From: an uncultured Bacilli bacterium
GTDB lineage: Bacteria; Bacillota_I; Bacilli_A; Izemoplasmatales; UBA1188
Direction: 5' to 3'
Assembly: GCA_905235635.1 (NCBI GenBank)
Contig: CAJOMC010000001.1
Span: forward strand, 22,948 to 86,947
DNA length: 64,000 nucleotides
The notes under the pieces were generated by a model. The model did not search any database and had not been told where the DNA came from. It saw only the letters and a program-made list of their open reading frames with translations. Positions 40,767 to 51,440 of the stretch are shown here, piece after piece; positions within the stretch are counted from its first letter, which is position 1, and the number at the start of each line of letters is the position of its first letter. Position numbers and translations under genes: made by a program.

Positions 40767-41948
40767 ATGAATATTAAAGATGTAGAGACAAAAAACCGGT
40801 CTATATTCGCAACTATTTCTATTTTTTTAGTCTTTATAGTCTATCTCGGATACAATATTCCGCTCTGTATAGATCTATTTAATTCAAAACCAGCTATTTT
40901 GGCTGAATTTTTAATATCTATACCATTAGTATTCATTTTATCGATTATTTTTCATGAGGCAGGTCATTTAATACTTGGACTGATATCTCACTTTAGATTC
41001 TTGAGTTTTGAGGTATTAGGTCTAAAGATTATTAAAATTAATGGAAAGATAAAACTTAAACGAGGTAATTTCGTCGCATTGGGTCAGTGTCTTTTAGGCC
41101 TTGATAAGGAAAAAAGAGATATAGTAAACACAAAGCTTTACTTATCTGGGGGTATTATCTTAAATGGTGTTTTATCTTCTTTAGGTTTAATCCTATCAAT
41201 AATTTCAGTATTTAAAAGAGACTTTATATCGCCATATGCCTCTACTATTTTATTTTGTAATCTTTATTTTTTAGTAAATAATGCGATTCCTTTAAATATT
41301 GGCGGTATATATAATGATGCCTTAAATATAAGACTATCCAAAAAATATTATGAAGTTGAAAGGACTTTGGTTAATTCTATAGTATTAAACACATATATGG
41401 AAGAAAAAGAATCATTGGCTGACTTTGATGAAGATATTCTTTTAAACGATGGAATAACTACACCAGCTTGGTATGCGTATGATTATCCTTTCATCCAATT
41501 ATCAGTTTATAAAAATATCTTAAATAAAGATTATTACTCTGCATTATCGCTCAATACTCCAAGGTTTACTAATAGATATTATTATCCTAAAGTTTATTTT
41601 AAAAATATAGTATCTCACCAAATGTATTTAAAAATACTTACCGGTGATACATATGAATATCTATTTAAATCTAAAGAAGGCGAATCATTAGTTAAATCAT
41701 CCTACAACAATATGGTTTTATGTGGAGATGTCTTATATCACTATGATAAAGGTGAATTCACTAGTTCCTATGCTTATATGATTCTAAATCAATACGAAGA
41801 AGACACTAAAAATATGTATAATAACATGAAGGTTCAAAAAGAACTAGAACTAGCCGTTATTAACTCTGCGATAGAGTATATTCAAACGAAAGAATTAAAA
41901 AAAATAGAAATTATAGATGTGGAGGAAGAGGATGATCCACAAAAATAA
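40767..41948 (+). CDS. M50-like (site-2) membrane zinc metallopeptidase
   Basis: TM helices; FHEAGH zinc motif; GG..LN; NNAIP...YNDA third-ligand motif; helical C-terminus. Confidence 0.75.
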   Translation: MNIKDVETKNRSIFATISIFLVFIVYLGYNIPLCIDLFNSKPAILAEFLISIPLVFILSIIFHEAGHLILGLISHFRFLSFEVLGLKIIKINGKIKLKRGNFVALGQCLLGLDKEKRDIVNTKLYLSGGIILNGVLSSLGLILSIISVFKRDFISPYASTILFCNLYFLVNNAIPLNIGGIYNDALNIRLSKKYYEVERTLVNSIVLNTYMEEKESLADFDEDILLNDGITTPAWYAYDYPFIQLSVYKNILNKDYYSALSLNTPRFTNRYYYPKVYFKNIVSHQMYLKILTGDTYEYLFKSKEGESLVKSSYNNMVLCGDVLYHYDKGEFTSSYAYMILNQYEEDTKNMYNNMKVQKELELAVINSAIEYIQTKELKKIEIIDVEEEDDPQK

Positions 41949-41999
41949 TTTATATCAAAAAAAGATTATTCATAAATGTATTATTAGAGGAGGCATAAG

Positions 42000-44900
42000 A
42001 TGACAAATATATTTTTAGCCGATTTTGAAGAAATGACAGAAATACTAGAAAAAATCGTTGACATATCGAGTTGGGCTGTCCATTTGCTTATATTCTTGCC
42101 TATTGTTGTCGGGTTACTTGTAGGTATGATGAAAGGCTTTAGAAAGAGTGCAACACGTTTTTTCTTTAGATTATTTATTTTATTAGTATTTATTTTAACC
42201 TTAAATCCTATTGCTAAACTACTATATGGTAGTAGTCTTTTTGGTCAAGCAGGTAAAATTGGTGCCCGTTTAATGAATGGCGCATCATCCACAGACTTTA
42301 CCACTTTAAAGGATGTATTAAGAGGCTACGTAATGTCACTTGTGACCGTCTCTAATGAAGGTATGGCTGAATCTTTAAATAATCCTTATTTCCTATCACT
42401 TATCGACTCAATAGGTGTATTTGCGTTAAAAATTGCTTGGGGATTAATTTTCTTTACTGTAATATTCTTTATTCTCTGGATAATAAAATGTATTGTTTAT
42501 TCATCCGTTATTAAAATTAAGGACAGAAAAGAAAGAAGAGCCAAGAAATCACCTCTTGTTGGTGGAATGTTTGGCATATTAAATGGTCTTATGATGACAA
42601 TCATCTATATGACCTTCCTAGGTGGGCTCTTAAATGTTGTATCTTATACTAAAAAGATAGAAGACATTAAAAAAGAAGCAATAAGTGAAAACGAAAATAA
42701 TAGTGAAAATGCATCTTTAAAAGAAACTATCAATGTATATCTAGATGATGAAGATGAAACTAAAGAAATTACCATAGATGTTTCATCATTTATGGAGACA
42801 TATAATAGCGTAAAAGAAGTGACAGGTACAATTGATACTGTCGCTGAATTCTACAATAAAAATCCTCTAATTAAAGGATTAAATGCATTAAAGATAAAAG
42901 ATAAGACAGGAAGAAAAAGAGGCTTACTTGACGCTAATTTTGATGCCTTAGTCTATATGGAGTATAGAGTAGAATCGGAAAATGAAGATGAAGAAGACCT
43001 CCTTGTCAGAGTAGACGTTCTTGAAGAAGTTGGCGATTTATATGGTGCATTAATGTATCTAATCACAGCTGATGGATTAATCGATAGTGAAGGTAAAATG
43101 CATCTAAATAAACTCACAAGAGAATCAGTTGAAAGCGTATTTAACGCAGTTTCTGAAATAGATCTAATTAGAGTATCACTTGCGGTAGGTTTATCCGTTG
43201 GAGTTGATGCATTTAAAGACAAAATAGAAGGCGTTGAAATATCTAATGATGATATAAATAAGATTTCAAGGACTGATATCTTAGGTGACGTGAAAAACCT
43301 AGGTAAAGTAGTTGGCACCCTTATGGATATGGGTCTAATTGAAACCCTTTCTAAATTTATGAATTCAGAAACCAAAGATCCACTCCTATTCCTTGAAATC
43401 TTTGATTCCACAAAAGAGGGGGCTACTGCCTTAAGAGATGAATTAATTAATGAAATAAAGGGATTTGATTTACTTAAAACGGCTAGCGATGTAATTGCAC
43501 CAATAATAATTGATTACACAACAAAATCAATAGTTGATGAATATAGTTTAGATGATGTTGACTTAAATAGTATTGAAAACGATTCATATATTGACGCAAT
43601 TAAACGTTCGATTGATTTAAATGGAGATATATCTGAGATTGTTAAAATCATTTTTGATGTCGCCAAATTTAATGGTTCAACAAATAATATTTCTTACCTA
43701 AAAGACAACTACAAAAACTTAACAAAACTATTTGAGGAAGAAGAAAATGAGGAAGGAGAATTAATTCCATTCACAAAAGATGATTTATCCGAACTTATGA
43801 ATTCACTTCTTTCAAGGCTTTCATCACTATCATTTATTAATGCAGGAATGGATGTGGGTGTAAAGATATTGGTTGAAACATTAGAAACTAACGAGGAAAA
43901 TAACTATAAAGAATATCTAACTGAAGAAAATATCTTTGCGTCTCACATTAAATGGGACGAAGAGCTTGGTTCAAAGATACCAAACCTTGTTGATACGATA
44001 ATTGATTCTAATGTTATATCAATGGTTTTAAATGTATCTGAGATAAAAGATTCTTTATGGGAAAAGAGTAAAACAAGTGAAACTGATAGTGGTTTAACTG
44101 GTTTACTTGAACCTACTATTAATGCATTATTCTCACTCACTTTATTATCTAATTTAGAAGATACATGCCTAATACCACTTCTTGAATCATACACAAGTAA
44201 GTTATCCGAAACTGTTCAGATAACTTTTAGAGATGATTTTGGCACATCAGGACATAAAGTTAAAGATGAATTACTTTTAGTACTTGGAATAGTAGATGAT
44301 TTAATTTTAGGTGCTAAAGAGGAGGGTGCAGCATCTTTTGAAGATATATTTAATACAGAAAATATATCTATCTTATTAGGCGCTATTGCATCTCTTGACC
44401 CAGCAAAATTAGAAAATAGTACTATATTGAGTGCTACGATGGTTAACTATCTAAGTACTTTTGAAAATGATACTATCAAAGTACCATACATCTATGAAGA
44501 TAGTGCTTGGTGGAGCACTGAAACTGAAAAAGGTGAATTATATAAACTTGTAGAAGCAATAGAAGAAGTCGCAAAAACAGATTCTATTAAGGATATTATT
44601 TCAAGTGGTGCACAAGATAGTTCTTCTATGATGAATTCAATTAAGAACATAGATTTAGATGCAGTGGATAAAATATTTTCATCTGCGACTATTAGATACA
44701 CAATTACTAATCTATTAGACGGATTTGAATCAACAGGATCTGAAAGTGGTTTCAGCATTAAGATTCTAAATGCTGCAAAATCAGATATAAAAGTATCTAA
44801 TTATAAAGTTGATGAGGAAGGAAACCCAATCGATTCAAATCTCGTCCAAATTGATGAAGAAATTAAAGATAAAGATGGAAATACAATCACTAAACTCGCA

Positions 44901-47900
44901 ACTATTAGCGCTTTAAAACCAGTTGAATTTAAGGCAATTATTAAAGCTTTATGGCAAATAGGTGATATAGATGATTTATTATCTTCAAATAATATTGTAG
45001 AAACAATTAAAAGTCTTGGTGGATATGAACTTGATTCAAAAGGCGAAAGAGCATTAGATGATAATAATAATCCATCAGAAAAGAAGAGATACGAAGTACT
45101 TCTTGAATCAAATGTATTATATCCAACACTATCTCATTTCTTAACAGGTGATAAGTTTGATACATTCAATAATACATTTAAATTCCCTGTAACATCAATT
45201 GACTCAAATCTCCTTCAAAGTGATGGAATGTATTACATTAATAGAAAAAAATTAAACAAACTATTCGACTCATTATTCCTAATTCTTGATAAAACTGAGC
45301 TTGATAACTTCGAAAATATTAACGTTGAAAACTTTAAGAATTTAGGCAATCTATCTGATGATGATTTAAATGTACTCACATCTAGTGAGATAGTTGTATC
45401 CACTTTATCTGAACTATTAAATAGTGCATTTGGCGATAGTTCATCTCAATCAATTCTTATTCCATTTAGTGTTACAAGTGATTCACCAAAATATAAATAT
45501 GATGAAGAATTAGGTGAAATTGTCGTAAATGATAAATATAGAGATATCACTAAAACAGAAGTTAAATCATTGCTTAAATCTATTGGAGAATTTGATTTTA
45601 GCAAACTTGGAAGCACCGATGATGCATTTGACTTCTTAAAAGACTTACTCGAAGTTCCAAGTGGTTCAACTAAATCCAAACTTGATACTCTCCTTGAATC
45701 AAGTATTATTCATACAACCTTATCCGACATTGTATTAAATATGGACTTAGGCTCTGTGAATGATTATATCTTCGTTCCAAATAGCGCAATAGAAGATAAT
45801 CAAATAGAACTATATTCATATGGTAAAGGTTCAGAAGAAAAAGAATTAGTATATAGAATTTCAAGTACTCAAATCTATAAGATGATTAAAGGTTTAAACT
45901 ATATAGATATTAATGCGATAGGCGAATCATCTTCTAACCAATTTGATAGTTTTAAAACTTTAACTCAAGATTCAGAAATTCCAGGAAAGACAAAACTTGA
46001 TGTGATATTTGATTCTGAAATATTGAAGTGTACTATCTCTAATTTAATCCTAAATTTAAACCTAGATTCAATTGATTCACTCGTGATACCTTCAAGTACA
46101 CTTACTACTGTAAAAGCGTATGACAAGACATTAAAAACTATCTCAACAAGTGATACATATGTATTAACTAATACAGAAATGACAAAACTAGTTTCAGGTC
46201 TTACATACCTTGATTTAAGCAAGATTGGTGATTCAACAAGTTCATCACAATTTGATTATTTCAAAGAATTAAATGCGCCAGCTGATAGTAGTAACCCAGG
46301 TGTATCAAAATTAGATAAAATATTTGAGTCAGATATCCTTGAATCAACATTCTCTAAATTAGTTCTTAAGATGAACCTAAGTTCTCTTAAACTAGTTGTC
46401 CCTGAAAATGAAATTGAAGATTCAACAAAGAAAGTATTACTAACAATTAACACATATGATACAACAAACAAGGTAATATCAACGGATAATACTTATATAA
46501 TTAATAAATCTGAGATGAAGAAACTTGTGAACTCTCTTACATATCTTGATCTCGATAATATAGGTGCATCTACAGCTAATCAATTTGATTACTTTAAGAC
46601 ACTAAATCAAAAGACAGGAAATGGAAGTGAAACAAAATTAGATATCGTATTTGAATCTGAAATCCTTCAAGCTACTATTTCAGATTTAGTACTAAATATG
46701 AACCTTGATTCTCTTAATTTAATCATTCCAATGAGTGTTTTAAATGATCCTATTAAGGTATGGGAAACTGATCATGTGGGTAGTGAAGCTAATACATATA
46801 TTATTACTCGTGATGAAATAAAGGCTTTAATTAAGGCTCTTACATACCTTGATTTAACAAGTGTAGGTAATGCAGCATCATCATTCTCATCAATCTCTAA
46901 ATTAACAAAAGAAACAACTGATGGTTCAACTTTAAAGATTGATGTGGTAATGTCATCCGAAATACTTGTCGCAACAATATCAGATGTAATATTCAAGATG
47001 GACTTAAGTTCTTTATCACTTATTATTAGAGATAATGCGGTAATCCCTGAAGATGAAACACCACTAGTATATAAGAATACTGGTTCAGGCTTTATAGCTA
47101 ACTCGCCTCTTAATGGCGCAATTATTAGGACAGATGAAATAAAATCAATGCTTAACGCTTTAAATTATCTTGATATTGATAATTTCGGTACAGGAGATAA
47201 TGTATTCAACTCATTAAAAGCCTTAGTTAAACCAGTATCATTAAAAGATAGAAATGTTTTAAAGATAAATAAAATACTAGAATCAGATATTCTATATTCA
47301 ACTATCGCAAACTATATCGCAACACTTCATGTTGATTCAATAGATTTAAAACTTCCAAAAAATGCATTCATACTTGAAAATAGTGAGCTTAAGGAATTCC
47401 CTAACCTAGTAAACACATATAATTATGTAGCTGGTTCACAGGATAAAGCGTGCTTAATAACAAAAGATGAGATTACAGCCTTCGTTATTGCATCAAGTAG
47501 TTTAGACCTTAATAAACTTGAAACTAACGCTCAAGGCTCAATTACGACACTTAAAAATAAGGTTAGAATAGGATCTAACAACCTTATGTCAATTGAATAT
47601 ATTAATAATAGTTTAATTCTTAAAGCATCAATATCTAATTATTTAGTAGATAAGAGTAGTAGTTTTGGTTTTACTGAACTTGTGATACCACATTCAGCAT
47701 ATAATGGAACATCTACTAAGATTATTAAGGAAACTATTAATGATTCAACAAAAGAATTATCATATGCTGAAAAATATTCAATTGTAATTGATTCAGAGGA
47801 GTTAAAAGCACTTGTTGTTGCACTTGCATATATTGACTTCTCAAATATTGGTTCTGATACTCTTGGCGCAATTAGAGGATTAAATGAAACAAAGTTACAA

Positions 47901-49913
47901 TATCTCCTTGAATCAAGTATTATTAAATATACATTATCAAGTCAGATCATTGAAAGTGCAGGCGATAATTCAACAACTAAATTCTACTTACCTAAACAAG
48001 CATTTGAATTAACTAATACTGACGCAATAGCATTCTATGATACTTATAGAAACCTAAATCAAGATACTGGTAAGATAAGTAAGGGTTCTCAAAAGGTATT
48101 AAGTAGTACAGAAATCAAGAATCTAATTGCGACTCTTTCTATCATTGACTTAAATAACGTTCATGAAGACGAGATTTTAGCTTTAACTGATAAAGATTTA
48201 GGTACATTACTAGCTTCATCAATCGTTGTTTCTAATATTTCAGAGAAATTCTATGAAGCATTAAGTTCAAACGCTAATGTAAATTCAGGTATAAATGATT
48301 ATATGAAGAACAACGAAATACTCTATAGTAATACAAATGATTACAACAATTTATCTTCTGAAGCGATAAGTCGTCAAGAAATACTTGATATCTTTAAAGC
48401 ATTGAATATTCTTGGAGTTAAAGAAATGAGTTCATTCTCAATTGACTTAAATACATTATTTATGCTTGATGATGATAACAAAAATACAAATGATGATTAT
48501 GATGATAACATAGATAAAGAATCAAGGGTTGATTTCTTAAGATCCATATTTATAAGAACATTCCTAACAAATGATTCAAGAATTGGTACTTATTTCACAT
48601 CAAAAGCATCTAACGATTCAAACTGTGAAAAGTTTATGACTACCCCAGAAACAAAACCTTATCTTTATATTCATGTATTAACTGATACTCTAGATAATGA
48701 AGTATATGATAATACTGTAGCACATACTTACCCAAGTGATAGTAATCCTAATGAAAGACAAATTAAAATTGATCCAGATAACGGTAGAATTACTTGGAAT
48801 CCAATTACTTATGGTGGATCCAATCCGGTTCATGCTATTATGTATTTCGTTTATATTGATGGTGCAACTCAATATGATGTTGATAATGACAATAATCCTG
48901 ATTATCAATTCGTATCAACAAATGACAACTACTCAACAAGCGCATATGACTACTTGATGTACTTGAAGGACAATAACGCTGTAGGAAAGCATACAATCAA
49001 GGTAGTTGGTTTTGTTGAAGAAGGTTATCCACTAGTTAAAATGACTAAACCATGTATTTATGATGAAACAACTTATGAAGTAACTGGTACTTTAGCTAAT
49101 TTAACAGATGTAGCATATAACTCTGACGAAATGTCTATATCATTTACTAATGTAGTAAATGCTAATGAATATGAATTTATCTTCACTGATGAAAATAGTA
49201 ATACTATCACTCAAGTAGTTAAAGCACCTTATGATAAAAGATCATTTAAGGATATTCTTGAAGAAGGACATACTTATAGTTATAAAATTACCGCTAGATC
49301 AAATAATTCTTCATATAGTAGTTCAACTTACACTTCAACTCAAAATATTGATTATACAGGCGAAATTAAGGACTTTGACGCAGAATATGAAGATGGTGAG
49401 GTTATCTTTACTAATCTAGACTTCGATAAGTCTCTTAGTACATATAACTATAGGGTATTATTAAACGGTAATACCTATAACTTAATAGACCTAGTGGCTA
49501 ATGTAGAAAAAGAAGATGATTACTATGTATTAGATTTAAGTAGCTTAAGTTTAGTACCAGGCGCAAATACTCTAAAAGTTGTCGCAAGAAAGACTAATTA
49601 TAACGATAGCTTAGTAGATCTTGGAAATATTATCTATATTACTGGCATAACTTTAGATACCACATCTATAGAAAAGAATATAGTATTTACTGATGCATCT
49701 GATTTATCTAATAAACTAGTTGTTATTGTATATGATAGTGAAGATAATTTGCTTTCATACAATGAACTATCTATTAATACAGTAGATCATACTTATACTC
49801 TAGATTTATCAACATATAGTGCTAATACATATAGGATTACTTATTATCCTATAAATTCAGGCAATCAATACTATAGCACTATAGAAGAAATAGCTTCATA
49901 TGTTATAGAATAA
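42000..49913 (+). CDS. Giant 2637-aa membrane-anchored surface protein (CvpA-like TM N-terminus, ~105-aa repeats, C-terminal beta-sandwich domains)
   Basis: GLLVGMMKGF and LVGGMFGILNG CvpA-like helices; repeat anchors at 45678, 45993, 46308, 46635, 46935, 47262; Fn3-like segments (ITWNPI...YFVYIDG; YSYKITARS). Confidence 0.85.
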   Translation: MTNIFLADFEEMTEILEKIVDISSWAVHLLIFLPIVVGLLVGMMKGFRKSATRFFFRLFILLVFILTLNPIAKLLYGSSLFGQAGKIGARLMNGASSTDFTTLKDVLRGYVMSLVTVSNEGMAESLNNPYFLSLIDSIGVFALKIAWGLIFFTVIFFILWIIKCIVYSSVIKIKDRKERRAKKSPLVGGMFGILNGLMMTIIYMTFLGGLLNVVSYTKKIEDIKKEAISENENNSENASLKETINVYLDDEDETKEITIDVSSFMETYNSVKEVTGTIDTVAEFYNKNPLIKGLNALKIKDKTGRKRGLLDANFDALVYMEYRVESENEDEEDLLVRVDVLEEVGDLYGALMYLITADGLIDSEGKMHLNKLTRESVESVFNAVSEIDLIRVSLAVGLSVGVDAFKDKIEGVEISNDDINKISRTDILGDVKNLGKVVGTLMDMGLIETLSKFMNSETKDPLLFLEIFDSTKEGATALRDELINEIKGFDLLKTASDVIAPIIIDYTTKSIVDEYSLDDVDLNSIENDSYIDAIKRSIDLNGDISEIVKIIFDVAKFNGSTNNISYLKDNYKNLTKLFEEEENEEGELIPFTKDDLSELMNSLLSRLSSLSFINAGMDVGVKILVETLETNEENNYKEYLTEENIFASHIKWDEELGSKIPNLVDTIIDSNVISMVLNVSEIKDSLWEKSKTSETDSGLTGLLEPTINALFSLTLLSNLEDTCLIPLLESYTSKLSETVQITFRDDFGTSGHKVKDELLLVLGIVDDLILGAKEEGAASFEDIFNTENISILLGAIASLDPAKLENSTILSATMVNYLSTFENDTIKVPYIYEDSAWWSTETEKGELYKLVEAIEEVAKTDSIKDIISSGAQDSSSMMNSIKNIDLDAVDKIFSSATIRYTITNLLDGFESTGSESGFSIKILNAAKSDIKVSNYKVDEEGNPIDSNLVQIDEEIKDKDGNTITKLATISALKPVEFKAIIKALWQIGDIDDLLSSNNIVETIKSLGGYELDSKGERALDDNNNPSEKKRYEVLLESNVLYPTLSHFLTGDKFDTFNNTFKFPVTSIDSNLLQSDGMYYINRKKLNKLFDSLFLILDKTELDNFENINVENFKNLGNLSDDDLNVLTSSEIVVSTLSELLNSAFGDSSSQSILIPFSVTSDSPKYKYDEELGEIVVNDKYRDITKTEVKSLLKSIGEFDFSKLGSTDDAFDFLKDLLEVPSGSTKSKLDTLLESSIIHTTLSDIVLNMDLGSVNDYIFVPNSAIEDNQIELYSYGKGSEEKELVYRISSTQIYKMIKGLNYIDINAIGESSSNQFDSFKTLTQDSEIPGKTKLDVIFDSEILKCTISNLILNLNLDSIDSLVIPSSTLTTVKAYDKTLKTISTSDTYVLTNTEMTKLVSGLTYLDLSKIGDSTSSSQFDYFKELNAPADSSNPGVSKLDKIFESDILESTFSKLVLKMNLSSLKLVVPENEIEDSTKKVLLTINTYDTTNKVISTDNTYIINKSEMKKLVNSLTYLDLDNIGASTANQFDYFKTLNQKTGNGSETKLDIVFESEILQATISDLVLNMNLDSLNLIIPMSVLNDPIKVWETDHVGSEANTYIITRDEIKALIKALTYLDLTSVGNAASSFSSISKLTKETTDGSTLKIDVVMSSEILVATISDVIFKMDLSSLSLIIRDNAVIPEDETPLVYKNTGSGFIANSPLNGAIIRTDEIKSMLNALNYLDIDNFGTGDNVFNSLKALVKPVSLKDRNVLKINKILESDILYSTIANYIATLHVDSIDLKLPKNAFILENSELKEFPNLVNTYNYVAGSQDKACLITKDEITAFVIASSSLDLNKLETNAQGSITTLKNKVRIGSNNLMSIEYINNSLILKASISNYLVDKSSSFGFTELVIPHSAYNGTSTKIIKETINDSTKELSYAEKYSIVIDSEELKALVVALAYIDFSNIGSDTLGAIRGLNETKLQYLLESSIIKYTLSSQIIESAGDNSTTKFYLPKQAFELTNTDAIAFYDTYRNLNQDTGKISKGSQKVLSSTEIKNLIATLSIIDLNNVHEDEILALTDKDLGTLLASSIVVSNISEKFYEALSSNANVNSGINDYMKNNEILYSNTNDYNNLSSEAISRQEILDIFKALNILGVKEMSSFSIDLNTLFMLDDDNKNTNDDYDDNIDKESRVDFLRSIFIRTFLTNDSRIGTYFTSKASNDSNCEKFMTTPETKPYLYIHVLTDTLDNEVYDNTVAHTYPSDSNPNERQIKIDPDNGRITWNPITYGGSNPVHAIMYFVYIDGATQYDVDNDNNPDYQFVSTNDNYSTSAYDYLMYLKDNNAVGKHTIKVVGFVEEGYPLVKMTKPCIYDETTYEVTGTLANLTDVAYNSDEMSISFTNVVNANEYEFIFTDENSNTITQVVKAPYDKRSFKDILEEGHTYSYKITARSNNSSYSSSTYTSTQNIDYTGEIKDFDAEYEDGEVIFTNLDFDKSLSTYNYRVLLNGNTYNLIDLVANVEKEDDYYVLDLSSLSLVPGANTLKVVARKTNYNDSLVDLGNIIYITGITLDTTSIEKNIVFTDASDLSNKLVVIVYDSEDNLLSYNELSINTVDHTYTLDLSTYSANTYRITYYPINSGNQYYSTIEEIASYVIE
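45090..48250 (+). repeat. Array of about 10-11 degenerate ~100-110-aa protein repeats
   Basis: Unit K[L/I]Dx[I/L]xxSxI[L/I]xxT[I/L]S...[V/I]P...Y.I...E[I/M]..L...L.Y[L/I]D; spacing 105, 105, 109, 100, 109 aa between the six clearest anchors. Confidence 0.85.
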
Positions 49914-49916
49914 CTC

Positions 49917-49949
49917 TTATACTAGGCACTTTTAAGGTGCCTAGTATAA
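49917..49949. terminator. 13-bp hairpin just after the giant gene; probable terminator or 3' stabiliser
   Basis: ttatactaggcac-ttttaag-gtgcctagtataa; no U-tract on the + strand. Confidence 0.6.
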
Positions 49950-50137
49950 AACTGATACGCTAAAAAGCGTGTGCATAAAACCCAATAAGTATTTCAAATC
50001 AATCACAACATATTTCCATCACATTTCTCTCAAACAAAAATCAAAGTAATTTGACATAAATTTATGTGATGGAAATGATTGAAACAAAAATAATCACTTA
50101 ATATTAATGTATTATAATATAAATATAGGAGGATACT

Positions 50138-51430
50138 ATGTTTGTTGACGAAACCAAACTAAGAATCGCATCTGGAAAAGGCGGTGATGGTGCCGTTGCT
50201 TTTAGACATGAGAAGTATATGCCGAAAGGAGGACCATCAGGCGGTGATGGTGGAGATGGTGGATCAATCATTTTCCGTGCTACATCACACGAAAACACTC
50301 TTCTTGCCTTAAGATACAAAAGATTAATCAAAGCTGAAAATGGTGAAAACGGAAAACATAAAAATATGACAGGTGCTTGTGGAGCTGATACCTATATAGA
50401 TGTTCCACTTGGAACTTTAATATACGATGATGATACAAATATCCTCCTAGCCGATCTCACAAAAGATAAAGAGGAGCGAATTATCCTTAAGGGTGGAAGA
50501 GGCGGAAGAGGTAATCAAAACTTTGCCAATTCAAGAAATCAAGCCCCCAATTATGCAGAAGCTGGTGAAAGGGGGAAAGAACTGTTTGTTAGACTAGAAT
50601 TAAGAGTTTTAGCGGATGTAGGGTTTGTTGGATACCCATCAGTAGGTAAATCTACCCTAATTAGTGCTATCTCTAAGGCAAGGCCAAAAATAGCCGAATA
50701 CCATTTCACTACTCTTGAACCTAATTTAGGACTTGTAGAAGTAAAAGATGGAAGAAGCTTTGTATGCGCAGACCTTCCAGGCTTAATTGAAGGCGCATCA
50801 AAGGGATTAGGTCTTGGATTTGAATTCTTGCGTCATGTTGAGCGAACAAAAATTATTCTCCATATATTAGACGCAAGTGATGTTGATGGTAAATTACTAG
50901 AAAACTATCTCTCAATAAGAAAAGAACTTGAAGAATATGACTTAAATATTCTAAATAAAAAGGAAATAATCGTCCTAAATAAGATGGATGCAGATAACTT
51001 TAAAGAGAATGAATCTAAATTCGTTCATGACTATGAAGCATTATATGGCGTTAAACCATGCTATTTCGCCATTAGCGCGATGAATCACACTGGCCTTGAT
51101 AATTTACTATATAAGGTCGCAAACGCGCTAGAGGAGGAAAATAATAGGCCTAAAGAAGTTGTTCCAGTAAAGACTGTGAAAGAATATATCTTTAATCCAA
51201 AGGATAGAGGCTTTGAAGTAAAGAAAAACTGGGATAAAATGGAATATGAGGTATTAGGACCTAAGATAGACGAAATTATGAGGACATATAATCCTGATAG
51301 TGAAGACGCTATATTAAGAGTCACACGATCACTTAGAAAAATAGGTGTCGAAGAAGAACTTAAAAAGATTGGCTGTAAGGAAGGAGATCTTGTCTTAATA
51401 GGCAATGTTGAATTCGAATTTAGTGAGTAG
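50138..51430 (+). CDS. obgE: GTPase ObgE/CgtA
   Basis: GKGGDG...GGPSGGDGG, GYPSVGKS, YHFTT, DLPG, NKMD, C-terminal OCT domain. Confidence 0.97.
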   Translation: MFVDETKLRIASGKGGDGAVAFRHEKYMPKGGPSGGDGGDGGSIIFRATSHENTLLALRYKRLIKAENGENGKHKNMTGACGADTYIDVPLGTLIYDDDTNILLADLTKDKEERIILKGGRGGRGNQNFANSRNQAPNYAEAGERGKELFVRLELRVLADVGFVGYPSVGKSTLISAISKARPKIAEYHFTTLEPNLGLVEVKDGRSFVCADLPGLIEGASKGLGLGFEFLRHVERTKIILHILDASDVDGKLLENYLSIRKELEEYDLNILNKKEIIVLNKMDADNFKENESKFVHDYEALYGVKPCYFAISAMNHTGLDNLLYKVANALEEENNRPKEVVPVKTVKEYIFNPKDRGFEVKKNWDKMEYEVLGPKIDEIMRTYNPDSEDAILRVTRSLRKIGVEEELKKIGCKEGDLVLIGNVEFEFSE

Positions 51431-51440
51431 GTGATAATTT

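Noticed and set aside
45090-48250. Periodic ~315-bp pattern as a possible CRISPR array or tandem DNA repeat
   Set aside because: Repeats are conserved only at protein level within one open frame; no identical DNA repeats, spacers or cas genes.
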